From Geopsychrobacteraceae bacterium (GTDB lineage Bacteria; Desulfobacterota; Desulfuromonadia; Desulfuromonadales; Geopsychrobacteraceae): a stretch of DNA of 64,000 bases. The position numbers and the translations under genes are program-made. The DNA lies in contig OY759353.1 in NCBI GenBank assembly GCA_963662315.1, positions 2,656,001 through 2,720,000 of the forward strand, written 5' to 3'. Positions within the stretch are counted from its first letter, which is position 1, and every line of letters starts with the position of its first letter. Below are positions 48,749 through 58,640 of this stretch, piece after piece. The notes under the pieces are model-generated. The model was not told the origin of the DNA and did not search any database. It saw only the letters and a list, made by a program, of their open reading frames with translations.

Positions 48749-49264
48749 TCAGGCATCACGGATAACGTCACCAACGCCGATTGCAGCACCAAAAGTATTA
48801 CGCTCCCTCTTGATCTTTTCCTGAAGCTTCATCAGCCCATAAAGAAGACCTTCTGGCCGCGGCGGACAACCCGGAATATAAACATCAACGGGCAGCGCCT
48901 CATCGATACCTTGCACAGTACTGTAAGTATCGAAAATTCCTCCTGAGGACGCACAGGCACCCATAGCAATAACGTAGCGGGGTTCAGGCATCTGCTCATA
49001 AACTGTCTTGATAACCGGAAGCATCTTCTTGGTAACAGTTCCTGCAATAATGATGACATCGGCCTGACGCGGTGACGCTCGGAACAGAATCCCCATCCGG
49101 TCAAGGTCAAAACGCGCCGCACCGGTTGCCATCATCTCAATGGCACAGCAGGCAAGGCCAAAAGTCATCGGCCACATAGAACTGGCACGCGACCAGTTGA
49201 CCAGCTTATCCAGACTTGTCGTGATAAACCCGCTACCAAGCGTTTTGGGTTGATCTACTCCCAT
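48749..49264 (-). CDS. nuoB: NADH-quinone oxidoreductase subunit B
   Basis: [23 protein letters not shown]. Start MGVDQP. Confidence 0.96.
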   Translation of the reverse strand: MGVDQPKTLGSGFITTSLDKLVNWSRASSMWPMTFGLACCAIEMMATGAARFDLDRMGILFRASPRQADVIIIAGTVTKKMLPVIKTVYEQMPEPRYVIAMGACASSGGIFDTYSTVQGIDEALPVDVYIPGCPPRPEGLLYGLMKLQEKIKRERNTFGAAIGVGDVIRDA

Positions 49265-49611
49265 TCCAGAGCTCCTTTTTTCCACACGTAAATAAAGCCG
49301 ACAAGAAGAATGATGATGAATACTCCCATTTCGACAAAGCCAAAGATCCCCAACCGCTTGAACAAAATGGCCCAAGGATAAAGGAATACCGCTTCAATAT
49401 CGAAGAGTATGAAGAGCATCGCGATAATATAGAATTTGATTGAGAAACGTTCTTGCGCAGAGCCGATGAGAGGCATCCCACATTCGTAAGGAGCCAGCTT
49501 GACTTCACTCGGTTTTTTGACACCGACAAGCCGGGACATAATCACTGAACCGGCAGCAAAAGCGAAAGCGATGCCGATAACAACCAAAATCGGCAAATAA
49601 GTATCCAGCAT
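49255..49611 (-). CDS. nuoA: NADH-quinone oxidoreductase subunit A
   Basis: [30 protein letters not shown] before 49611. Confidence 0.96.
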   Translation of the reverse strand: MLDTYLPILVVIGIAFAFAAGSVIMSRLVGVKKPSEVKLAPYECGMPLIGSAQERFSIKFYIIAMLFILFDIEAVFLYPWAILFKRLGIFGFVEMGVFIIILLVGFIYVWKKGALEWE

Positions 49612-49690
49612 AAAACTGCTCCTTCCAAATGAAGAATTTTTCCTTCTTGCTAGGTCAAAACACTGAATAAAACATGTCACAGCGAGTCGA

Positions 49691-49747
49691 AAATTAGGAT
49701 ACTTACGACCACCATGTCAAGCAAAAAATACAGTATACAGTATGCAA
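49691..49747 (-). promoter_or_regulatory. Candidate nuo promoter with adjacent TACAGTA repeat operator
   Basis: Minus strand TTGACA (49720-49715), 18 nt, TAATTT. Just upstream lies ATACAGTATACAGTATGCAA. Confidence 0.5.
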
Positions 49748-50080
49748 TTAACCCGACTAAATAAGTAGTGGTTTAACACAAAATCACTTAAGTCTTAAGA
49801 CCTTAGATCAGCACAAAAGCGCAATATATCTATTTCCAGATATATTAAAATCATTTTCAATCGGAAAGAAAACGGCGTTATATTTCAATTCAATACATTA
49901 CAAAAGCATTGCCAAGACGAGCAGCAAACCTGCAGTTGATGTCCAACCGCAAAATAAACTCTCTCTATAAGAACTGCATTATCCCGCTAGAGAGGATGAA
50001 CATCCCCTCTAGCGAAACTAGATATGTGTCTATTTTACACATCAAATAAAAATTTATTTAAAAAAAAGAATTATTTTTTG

Positions 50081-50956
50081 CTAAGAAATAGAATCAAGAA
50101 TGGTTTTCAATTCTATCTGGTTAAAATGATACACCTTACGGCAGTATCCACAGGCCACTTCGACAATTTCCTGTTCGTCAGCCAGTGATTGCAATTCTTC
50201 CCGGCCAAGGCTGATCAGCATGGCCTCGATCTGGCTTTTCTGGCAAGGACAGAAAAAGCTCAAAGGCGTTTGTTCCTGGACGACAAAATCAACCTCACCA
50301 AACAGATTTTCTGCAATAGCCAGAGGAGTCATGCCATTGCGTAACAGTGTCGTTACCGGTGGCAGCCCGTTGATACGTTCGATCATTCTTTCAACCTGAC
50401 CGGCATCTCCCGGTGGCAAAGCCTGGACCATAAAACCACCAGCAGCGGCCACCAATCCATCCATATCAAGCTCAACACCAAGCCCAAGGCAAGAAGGAAC
50501 CTGCTCTGAAGTGGTAAGATACCAGGCGATATCCTCTGCGACTTCACTACTTTGTAACTGAACCATGCTCTGATAAGGGGTCTTCAACCCCATGTCTTTC
50601 CAGACATGCAAAAAACCGGCTTTGCCGATAGCTCCGGCAACATCAAATCGTTCACCTTTGGGCGGCAGACCGGCAACCGGCTGAGCAATTGTCCCCCGTA
50701 CCCGCCCGTTTGCATCCGCCTCAACACTTAATTTGCGTAACGGTCCGCTCCCTTCGATCATCAATGCCAGGCGCTGGTTCCCCTTAAGCAAGCATCCTAG
50801 AATTGCACCACCGGTCAACAGACGCCCCAAAGCAACGGTTGCTGTTAAATCGGTCTGTTGAGCCGCCGTAATTTCCTTAACCAGTTGCGCAGTATCTGCG
50901 ACAACCCCGCGCAACAACCCATCTTTACTGACAACCCTAACCAGATGGTCTTTCAT
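50081..50956 (-). CDS. hslO: Hsp33 redox-regulated chaperone
   Basis: ALGRLLT, SEQVPS, AAGGFMVQALP, CPC...CGYC zinc motif. Confidence 0.95.
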   Translation of the reverse strand: MKDHLVRVVSKDGLLRGVVADTAQLVKEITAAQQTDLTATVALGRLLTGGAILGCLLKGNQRLALMIEGSGPLRKLSVEADANGRVRGTIAQPVAGLPPKGERFDVAGAIGKAGFLHVWKDMGLKTPYQSMVQLQSSEVAEDIAWYLTTSEQVPSCLGLGVELDMDGLVAAAGGFMVQALPPGDAGQVERMIERINGLPPVTTLLRNGMTPLAIAENLFGEVDFVVQEQTPLSFFCPCQKSQIEAMLISLGREELQSLADEQEIVEVACGYCRKVYHFNQIELKTILDSIS

Positions 50957-51034
50957 AAACTCACACCTCAAACAAAAAAATAGATATAGATCTGGACCGG
51001 CCAGATAGTACTCGAACAGTTTCCACAGTGGATT

Positions 51035-51814
51035 CTATTGCCGTAGCCGATAACCACTGCCAATCATGTAAGCAGCACGTAAAAACAATACCGTGGCCAT
51101 CAATAAACTGACGCCAAATGCTACCGCGAAGCGGGTATCCCCAACTCCGATGATGGCATGGCGGAAACCATCGATAAGATAGAAAAGCGGGTTCAGATAT
51201 GACAACTGATTCCACGGCGCCGGCAATATCGAAATGGGATAAAACACCCCACCCAGGTAAATCAGTGGCGAGATCAGAAAATTTGTAAACATCGCTAACG
51301 TATCAAAATTATGTGCATATATAGCTGCAATAAGACCAAATTGGGCAAACATAAAACTGGCGATCATTGCCATCAGAATAGCCAAGAACGGATGCGCCCA
51401 AGGCAATGAAGCGAAAAAGGTCGATATCAGCCACACAACCACTCCAACCAGCATCCCCCGAATCATAGCTGCCAAAGTATAGGCAAGGATAAATTGAGGA
51501 GGACTGACCGGGGCAACCAGCAGGTCAACAATCCCTCCCAGGTAGCGAGACACAAACAGGGACGAAGAGGTATTGGCAAACGAGTTGTTGATCACTCCCA
51601 TAATGATCAGTCCCGGAATGACAAATTGTGCGTAACTGAATCCGTCAAGAACACTTAACCGCTGGCCAAGAGTCGCGCCAAACACAAACAGATACAGGGA
51701 GGCCGTGACGATCGGGGTAAGAATTGTCTGCCGCGCAACACGCCAGAAGCGCAATACTTCTTTGCGAAACAAAGTAAAAAATGGCAGCCAGGCGTAATAA
51801 TCAGGGGATTTCAT
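51035..51814 (-). CDS. ABC-2 transporter permease (YadH-like)
   Basis: KEVLRFWR, FANTSSS, YLGGVFYP, NPLFYLIDGFR. Confidence 0.9.
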   Translation of the reverse strand: MKSPDYYAWLPFFTLFRKEVLRFWRVARQTILTPIVTASLYLFVFGATLGQRLSVLDGFSYAQFVIPGLIIMGVINNSFANTSSSLFVSRYLGGIVDLLVAPVSPPQFILAYTLAAMIRGMLVGVVVWLISTFFASLPWAHPFLAILMAMIASFMFAQFGLIAAIYAHNFDTLAMFTNFLISPLIYLGGVFYPISILPAPWNQLSYLNPLFYLIDGFRHAIIGVGDTRFAVAFGVSLLMATVLFLRAAYMIGSGYRLRQ

Positions 51815-52737
51815 TGCAGCCTCCCACTATGACCGTTACCGGTCAAATGGATAAAAACATCTTCCAGACCGCTCTGATCGGTTTCAAAATCGCGAATTGG
51901 CAATCCACAATCACTGATAAGCCGTAGCAAGTTACCAGCACTCTCCCCCTTAGGCAACGACAGCAGCAGTTCGATTTTATCATTCTTAAGCTGCGGAGAA
52001 TAGGGACCAAAAGCTTCAGGAATTGTGCTCAAAGGCTGCTCAAACCACAGCCGTATCTGGCGATTGGACAATCGTCTGACCAATTCATGGGTACGTTCAA
52101 GAGCAACAATATCACCATGATTCATAATCGCGATGCGATCGCACATTTCTTCAGCTTCTTCAAGATAATGGGTGGTCAAAAGAATTGACGTCCCATTGTG
52201 ATTGATCTCGCGGACAAAGTCCCACAGACTGTGCCGCAGCTCGACATCTACGCCTGCAGTCGGCTCATCCAGTATCAGTAATCGTGGACGATGGATCAAA
52301 GCCTTGGCAATCATGAAACGACGCTTCATCCCGCCGGATAATTTAATCATGGTCTTATCCAGATGAGGACCAAGATCGAGCCGTTCAATCAACAGCTTCC
52401 GCCACTTTTCATCATCGCGCACCCCGTAGAAACCTGAGTGCAGTTTGAGAGCCTGCCCGATAGTAAAAAAATTATCGGTCACAATCTCCTGGTGCACGAC
52501 TCCAAGCAACCTGCGAGTGTGCCGATATTCTCTTTGATTATCATAGCCAAACGCGGTGATGGTCCCAGAATCGATGCGACATACCCCGGCAATCATATTG
52601 ATCGTGGTACTTTTACCGGCACCGTTAGGACCGAGCAGGCCAAAGATTTCTCCCTCTTTGATGGAAAAACTGATCTCCTTGACAGCATCTTTCCCATCGA
52701 AGGTCTTCTTAATATTTTTTATTGTTAAGGCATCCAT
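51811..52737 (-). CDS. ABC transporter ATP-binding protein (YadG-like)
   Basis: GPNGAGKS, LSGGMKRR, LDEPTAGVDVELR. Confidence 0.93.
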   Translation of the reverse strand: MDALTIKNIKKTFDGKDAVKEISFSIKEGEIFGLLGPNGAGKSTTINMIAGVCRIDSGTITAFGYDNQREYRHTRRLLGVVHQEIVTDNFFTIGQALKLHSGFYGVRDDEKWRKLLIERLDLGPHLDKTMIKLSGGMKRRFMIAKALIHRPRLLILDEPTAGVDVELRHSLWDFVREINHNGTSILLTTHYLEEAEEMCDRIAIMNHGDIVALERTHELVRRLSNRQIRLWFEQPLSTIPEAFGPYSPQLKNDKIELLLSLPKGESAGNLLRLISDCGLPIRDFETDQSGLEDVFIHLTGNGHSGRLQ

Positions 52738-52879
52738 GGCGCGACTATACAGCCAGAAATGTTGGCTGGCAAGAAATCAAGATCCAGATATTAACCAGCG
52801 ACCAGCTTACCCATCTTGACTTCGCTGCTCACCAGGGTGAAACTACGACCATATCAAAATTACTTATAACGAGTCTACT

Positions 52880-53533
52880 ATGGGATACCTACGGACCATA
52901 CGTTCAGCACTGATTGCTGCCAGCTACAACCTGGTCATGAACGGGACCGAACGCCGTTGTCTGAGCGACTGGCGGCGCGAACTCCTCACTTTTGCTTGCG
53001 GAGAAGTTCTGGAAATAGGCGCCGGAACAGGACTGAACATCCCCTATTACGCGCCAGCTGTTACCAGCCTAACCTTAAGCGAACCCGACCATCACATGCG
53101 CAAAAAGCTCAATAACACTGTCATGCAACAAAACCGCCGAGTTCAGATCAGAGACTGGACTGCTGAGCACGTCATTATGCCCGACAATTTTTACGATACC
53201 ATCGTCTCAACCCTTGTTCTTTGCTCGGTAGGCTGTCAGGCGCATAGCCTTGGAGAAATAAAGCGTCTGCTTAAGCCAGGAGGTCAATTGATCTTCATGG
53301 AGCATATCCGCTCCGACAATCCCAGAGTTATGCACTGGCAGAAACGACTTGAACCGACATGGAGACTCTGTGCTGGAAATTGTCGCCTGACCAGAGACAC
53401 CCTAACCGCCATAAAAGTTGCTGGGCTGAGCATTGAAGCTGTCACTGAAGCGCCCATGCTGGGCACTCCTGCCTTTGTCAGCCGCACCATTCGTGGCATC
53501 GCCCGTAAACCATTTTCCACAACTGAGTCTTAA
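52880..53533 (+). CDS. Class I SAM-dependent methyltransferase
   Basis: VLEIGAGTG, DTIVSTLVLCSV, LKPGG, FMEH. Confidence 0.9.
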   Translation: MGYLRTIRSALIAASYNLVMNGTERRCLSDWRRELLTFACGEVLEIGAGTGLNIPYYAPAVTSLTLSEPDHHMRKKLNNTVMQQNRRVQIRDWTAEHVIMPDNFYDTIVSTLVLCSVGCQAHSLGEIKRLLKPGGQLIFMEHIRSDNPRVMHWQKRLEPTWRLCAGNCRLTRDTLTAIKVAGLSIEAVTEAPMLGTPAFVSRTIRGIARKPFSTTES

Positions 53534-53534
53534 C

Positions 53535-53936
53535 ATGATCGATCTGACAACCCCGGCCTTACTGTTTCCAGCCATATCCCTGCTATTACTGGCCTATACC
53601 AACCGTTTCCTGGTCCTCGCCCAACTGATTCGCCAACTACACAGCCAGCGAGACGATATCTCCCGCACCAAGCTGCGCCAGATCAGTAACCTGCGTCTGC
53701 GCTTGATCCTGGTCAAAGCCATGCAGGGACTCGGAGTTCTGAGTTTCCTCCTCTGCGTTCTGACCATGCTGCTGATTTTTATCAAACTGGCAATCTACGC
53801 CGAATGGATTTTTGCCATCAGCATTTGCTTGTTGGCACTATCTCTACTGTGCTCTTTGCTTGAGATTGCTATCAGCACCAAGGCGATTGAGATTGAGTTG
53901 GAGGATCTGGAGAGTTTGGCGGAGGGGAACGATTAG
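53535..53936 (+). CDS. DUF2721-like membrane protein
   Basis: MIDLTTPALLFPAISLLLLAYTNRF; ATG 1 nt after the upstream stop. Confidence 0.8.
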   Translation: MIDLTTPALLFPAISLLLLAYTNRFLVLAQLIRQLHSQRDDISRTKLRQISNLRLRLILVKAMQGLGVLSFLLCVLTMLLIFIKLAIYAEWIFAISICLLALSLLCSLLEIAISTKAIEIELEDLESLAEGND

Positions 53937-53964
53937 GATTGAAGTTAAAGGAAAAACCATAAAA

Positions 53965-54407
53965 CCGGCGGGTCCCGGCCCGCCAGCCGGGTTCATTTTT
54001 CCCAAGCGATGGAAAAATGAACCAAAAAGATCGCTTGAAAGTCAAACACACTGACGATACCCGTAGCGCACTACCTTTTGCTGATACCAATAATCGCCCA
54101 ACAAGCAGCCCTTGATGCTTCGCATCAAACGGGCAAAAGCAAAGACTGCGATATAAGAGCAGCCATCGCCACATGCCCCACCCTCAGCTTTTGTCTGTTC
54201 CAAGCAATCAAAATGCCAACGGCATTTTTGCGGTGGTGGCCATGGATCATGGGTTTTATGATCGTTGGCCGGTCAGTTAGTTACTGACAGCACCCTGAAA
54301 AGAACGACGCCCTGACACGGACACATTAAAAAGGGCCTTTTTTGCATACTTTTTTGTGGCCTGATTGTGACAAAAAGTATGGCGCCGGCGGGGGCGCGAC
54401 CCCGCGA
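53965..54407. repeat. Structured intergenic element with two inverted double-hairpin arms (MITE/REP-like)
   Basis: Left arm: GGCGGG/CCCGCC then GGTTCATTTTTCC/GGAAAAATGAACC and an A-tract. Right arm is a mirror: T-tract, CATACTTTTT/AAAAAGTATG, GCGGGG/CCCCGC. Confidence 0.65.
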
Positions 54408-54624
54408 ATTTAATTTCTACTATTCTGCAATGAACTTCTAAGCTCTACTATTTTCACCTATCTTTTTTAAATCAATTAGCCATGCTGCTAATAAAAAAAT
54501 AAGAAGAGCATAATAGTCATATTTCGTTCTATAAATTTCATAGGTAAATCCAACCACAGATATAACCTTTACAAATATCCACAAAACCATTTTAACCACA
54601 TTCATTTCCCACCACATAATTCAC

Positions 54625-54658
54625 AAAAGGGGGCAGATCCGAATAAACCTGTCCCCTT
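54625..54658 (-). terminator. Intrinsic terminator after the DUF945 gene
   Basis: Minus strand GGGGACAGG...TCTGCCCCC followed by TTTT, about 25 nt after the stop. Confidence 0.6.
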
Positions 54659-54682
54659 GCATACAACAATGATTTCGGTCAG

Positions 54683-56023
54683 CTACAAGTTTTCAAACAA
54701 GAACTCCTTACCATTAAGAAGCAGCTTGTCGTCCTTGATTTGGGCATGATGGACCAGCTGCTCCCCATCAGCCTCAAATACGCCACTTTGCATAGCGGGC
54801 ATAAATGGGTTAACAAGTTGCTCCTGAGCAGGTACCAGCTCCTTGGCAACACGCGCATTCGATTCAAAAGAAAAAATATCAACCACAGCTTGAGGCTGCT
54901 GCAGCAGAACCATAAAACCTGCGAAGCTCATATCTTTTTTTAGCCCGATGGCCAGATCGCCTGTAACTTTGCCTTCTGGCAACACCACCTGCACATCACT
55001 GATTTTGATTTCGAGGTCTTTTTTGAGCAGTTTTTCAAACTCGGAAGCCAAGCGCATTCGTGCAGACTCCAGTTTCTGCATGAGCAGCATTTGCGCCTGT
55101 TGCGGATCATGCTGCACCGCGCCCATATCTTCCATAGCAGCAGCCAGAAGTTCACTATAAACCTGATAAAAATCATTCACCCCTGTCGCATCAAGATTAT
55201 TGACAGCAAAACCAAGGTGGGCATCTTTGACATCATTTTTATCAGCAACAATATGGTCGGCGCGGTAATTTGTGGCGATGGACAAACGGTCTTGCGCAGC
55301 GTCGTAGTCAACATTTGAAGAAACTTTAACACCGTCGAAAGACACGCGTTTGTCATTATCAGGGTTGTTGATGGAGATACTATCCATTGAAAACAGGCCC
55401 GTTCCCGCCATAATCATTCCTGAAATTGCAGTGGTATCTGATTCCAAAGCAATTCCTTCGACATTCAAAATGTCAGCCATGGCAAATCCAGCAAAATTTG
55501 CGGAGGTCTTGATTTTTTTGAGGGATGAATCGGTGTTGCAGGTCAACTGGCCAGCTTTAACTTGCAAAATAACCCCATCTTCAATAGGGAGGTCAAAAGC
55601 TTCCGTGACAAACCTTCCGGTTGCTCCGCTAAATAATGAATACTCGCCAGTAAACGCAAACGGGTCGTTACCGGCAAGTTTTTCGTTGATGAAGTCATTA
55701 TACCAGCTGTTTTTCGTCAAACTGGCTTGGGTGGTAACACCAGTTAAACCATGCTGAGCAGTTTCGGAAATGACAATCGGGCCCATCTCGGCAAAAACTT
55801 CATAGTCTGGCAGGGTAATAGCCCACTCTATTTGAGAAGAGAGATAGCCGCGTTGGTAACTGGCGATCTCCACCTTAGGATAAAACGGCTGATTGCCATA
55901 GCGCTGAGCGTAACTTTCCTTTTGCCCGGCCAGCATTTTTTCCATCATTAGGCCAGAAACAAAAGGTGCGGCGGCAATAACGATTGCAACAATAACCACG
56001 ATCCCAACAATTAGTTTTTTCAA
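54683..56023 (-). CDS. YdgA/DUF945 family protein
   Basis: N-terminal anchor, SYQRGYLSS, C-terminal LLLNGK; TTG start with AGGAGG RBS. Confidence 0.8.
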   Translation of the reverse strand: MKKLIVGIVVIVAIVIAAAPFVSGLMMEKMLAGQKESYAQRYGNQPFYPKVEIASYQRGYLSSQIEWAITLPDYEVFAEMGPIVISETAQHGLTGVTTQASLTKNSWYNDFINEKLAGNDPFAFTGEYSLFSGATGRFVTEAFDLPIEDGVILQVKAGQLTCNTDSSLKKIKTSANFAGFAMADILNVEGIALESDTTAISGMIMAGTGLFSMDSISINNPDNDKRVSFDGVKVSSNVDYDAAQDRLSIATNYRADHIVADKNDVKDAHLGFAVNNLDATGVNDFYQVYSELLAAAMEDMGAVQHDPQQAQMLLMQKLESARMRLASEFEKLLKKDLEIKISDVQVVLPEGKVTGDLAIGLKKDMSFAGFMVLLQQPQAVVDIFSFESNARVAKELVPAQEQLVNPFMPAMQSGVFEADGEQLVHHAQIKDDKLLLNGKEFLFENL

Positions 56024-56380
56024 AATACCCTCCTGAGATTATTTTTTTCCGGTCTTAGGACCTGACCGACACATAAATAATGAACTTATAGTTTCCTCTC
56101 GTCTAAATCCATCTTTATTTACCGTAAATCTCATACCCCCCTCGTCATACTTGGACCAGGTCAAGGACTTATGGATTTTACACTTTGATGCTTCAAGAAT
56201 ACGCTATCGCCGAACAGGCCACTTATTGCCGGATAGCCCCAACTAATTTTTTTGTCGAACAGAGTCTGATCATCCATGACAAGCGCAGTATCGATTTGAC
56301 TTAAGGCAGAGACGTGGCTGTTTTCGTAAAGAAATCAGCAATGATATGATGCTATTCCGAGGGTCAGGACTACCACCGGT

Positions 56381-56417
56381 GTCGTTATTGAGGGCAGACC
56401 CTGCCCTCAATAACGAC
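56381..56417. repeat. Perfect 17-bp inverted repeat
   Basis: GTCGTTATTGAGGGCAG-acc-CTGCCCTCAATAACGAC. Confidence 0.9.
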
Positions 56418-56496
56418 TGATTATAACTGCAAATCTCAGGCGACAATTCTCATTTACTGGGCATTGTCATTATTCTATTTAGGTGAACAGATCTTT

Positions 56497-57543
56497 TTAA
56501 ACAGCACTCTGCGGTTCCTGTCCCTGAAAACGCAGTGCTTCGAGCATACCCCGCTGAAAAAAGAGCGACTGGGCTTTTTCTGTTGCATGTCTGGCCAACA
56601 CTTCACGCACATCGGCCCGGGTCAGAAGTTCATCACACAGATGACAATGGTTGACATAACGATTCTTAAATGTGAGTTCAGGTGCCTTCTGTTTGACAAA
56701 ATTCAAGATCCCGTAAGGTCCTTCAAGAGCCAGCCAGTTAGCCATCAAATCATTATTCCCTTCGCAAATTATTGCGGCCAGACTCTGATCTTCAAGATTT
56801 CCTATACTCAATTCCGGGACGCGCTGATCTATCATTCCACAACAGATACGCAGATCTTTTTGCGGAGATATAATAATAGAGCTGAGTACCCCACTGCAGG
56901 GAACCTGCCAGGCCGTGGAGTTTTCCGGGTAAACGATATAGTCGCTATGATCAAGGTCTTTGGCATGCAAACCGATCGGCACCGTGTAGCCGCTACTGTA
57001 CATATCTTCATGAGGGTTCGGCTCCTCCTCGTTGAACTGGTGCAGCTCGACTCCAAGATAATCCGACAGATAATCCGGTGTGATGCGGTTGTTTTTAACC
57101 CGCTTGTGCGCCAGAAGAACCGGCAACTCAAGCTTTCGGGCTGCGTGATAAGCGTGCTTGATATTAGCCAGGGGAATCATTTCTTGGTGCAGATCATCAC
57201 AGCTGAAGTTGATCTCATTAAGACCACTGTCTTTAAGCTCACCCAGCCACTCTTCGGCCCTGGTCGCACTGATCGCCCAGAACGCATTACTGACAATCCG
57301 TGTCCACAACCCCTTACTGCGTGCAAACCTCAAGGCTTCCAGCACCTCGGTTTTTTTCATCAGCGCTTCGCCGCCGGTGAATACGACCGCTTTTAATGCG
57401 CCAAGTTCCGCAGCTTCGGTCATAATCCTACGCATAAAATTTGCGGAAAGATAGGGCCCATTCCAAGGGCCCGATTCCGTTACGCAGAATTTACAACTCA
57501 CCGGACAATCATAGGTGACGGAAAATACAATTTTAGAAATCAT
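56497..57543 (-). CDS. Radical SAM enzyme, YydG/EpeE (peptide epimerase)-like
   Basis: CPVSCKFC, FTGGE, SNAFWA, SCDDLH, then PC...ICCG...LEGP...HCHLC. Confidence 0.8.
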   Translation of the reverse strand: MISKIVFSVTYDCPVSCKFCVTESGPWNGPYLSANFMRRIMTEAAELGALKAVVFTGGEALMKKTEVLEALRFARSKGLWTRIVSNAFWAISATRAEEWLGELKDSGLNEINFSCDDLHQEMIPLANIKHAYHAARKLELPVLLAHKRVKNNRITPDYLSDYLGVELHQFNEEEPNPHEDMYSSGYTVPIGLHAKDLDHSDYIVYPENSTAWQVPCSGVLSSIIISPQKDLRICCGMIDQRVPELSIGNLEDQSLAAIICEGNNDLMANWLALEGPYGILNFVKQKAPELTFKNRYVNHCHLCDELLTRADVREVLARHATEKAQSLFFQRGMLEALRFQGQEPQSAV

Positions 57544-57556
57544 TGTCCGCCCTCTC

Positions 57557-58156
57557 CTAGTAATCTCCCAATTCCTTCAATTGCCGGTCAATACGAGCCA
57601 TCAGATCGCCGAGAGTTAAGGCATCGAGTAGCGGGGTGCGAATAAACTGATCTTTCACCAGATCGTTCCCATCGAAGCTTGTTGAGTAGTGATGGCTTGT
57701 GCGGGTATGAGGCATTGAATTTTCTTCAAAATCGGTATTGATGCCACGATGGCTTTGCGATTTTTGTTCAGAGTAAAAAATATCAAATTGGACATTGATG
57801 CGCTGAGCCTGTTCAACTTTAACCGATGACTTGATTTCGGGAACAAACTGCGCACTAATGTCCTGATAACGCCCGGCGGCGACCTTAATGCCAAAAATCT
57901 GCTCAAAACGGGCGGCATTCACCTTGTTCTCTTTAACATAGGCATGAGCCCGCATCAGAATGAAACGCAGTTGCATCAAAGCTTCGTCACTGACATCGTC
58001 ATTGGTAATAACACCATGGTTTTTCAACGTCATTTCAGTATTTTCCATGACCAGAGCAAAAGTGTCATCATCGAAAATAGCTTTACGTAAAAACTGGTTG
58101 AAAGCGTGTGACGGAAGGGTAATACGATGGGTGATACGTTGGGCAACTTTAGTCAT
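57557..58156 (-). CDS. Hypothetical protein; candidate substrate/precursor of the adjacent radical SAM enzyme
   Basis: 199 aa, strong AGAGGAGAGG RBS, 13 nt upstream of the rSAM gene, NHLP-like N-terminal pattern. Confidence 0.65.
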   Translation of the reverse strand: MTKVAQRITHRITLPSHAFNQFLRKAIFDDDTFALVMENTEMTLKNHGVITNDDVSDEALMQLRFILMRAHAYVKENKVNAARFEQIFGIKVAAGRYQDISAQFVPEIKSSVKVEQAQRINVQFDIFYSEQKSQSHRGINTDFEENSMPHTRTSHHYSTSFDGNDLVKDQFIRTPLLDALTLGDLMARIDRQLKELGDY

Positions 58157-58640
58157 TTGACCTCTCCTCTAGCTGGGTTGATTTGTGTCTCAGAGCACAT
58201 CTCTGACACAAAAACAAATTCCGTAAAACATAGGAAAGGACCCCCCTCCCCTATGGGATTAATCACCATAAAAAGTCAATATTTATACAATTTTAATGGA
58301 TAAGCATAGCAGGTTTTTCTTCTTTGACAAGCTGTCGAATTTTTATTATTCCCCATACTTTAAGTAAATATTTCTTGTATTTCTCAAGATCCGGAAATGG
58401 TCATTCATAATGACTTTTCAAGTATGTTTTCATAGTATGGCCACCGCCAAGGCTGCCGCAAACACCAGATTCGCCTGTGAATCCTGCGCCCCGAATATTG
58501 ATACTGATCTATCCTATTGCCCCTGAGTTTATCGCTATTTGAACTTCGGACAAGCCGTCCACCTGATTGACCAGAGCTCTTATGTTATATTTGCATTGGC
58601 AGCACCGTTTGAAGGTCCTCTCTATCCCCACGGACAGCAC

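Noticed and set aside
51035..53533. ABC-2 transporter and methyltransferase as part of the rSAM peptide system
   Set aside because: YadGH-like housekeeping genes linked to hslO and separated from the locus by DUF945 and terminators.
53812..54287. Short ORFs across the structured element
   Set aside because: No convincing RBS or protein-like features; better explained by the repeat.
56464..57396. 310-aa plus-strand ORF
   Set aside because: Antisense shadow of the radical SAM gene; no recognisable domain.
58260..58352. Sigma70 promoters for the precursor and hydrolase genes
   Set aside because: TTGACT and TTGACA are present but lack a good -10 box at 16-18 nt spacing.
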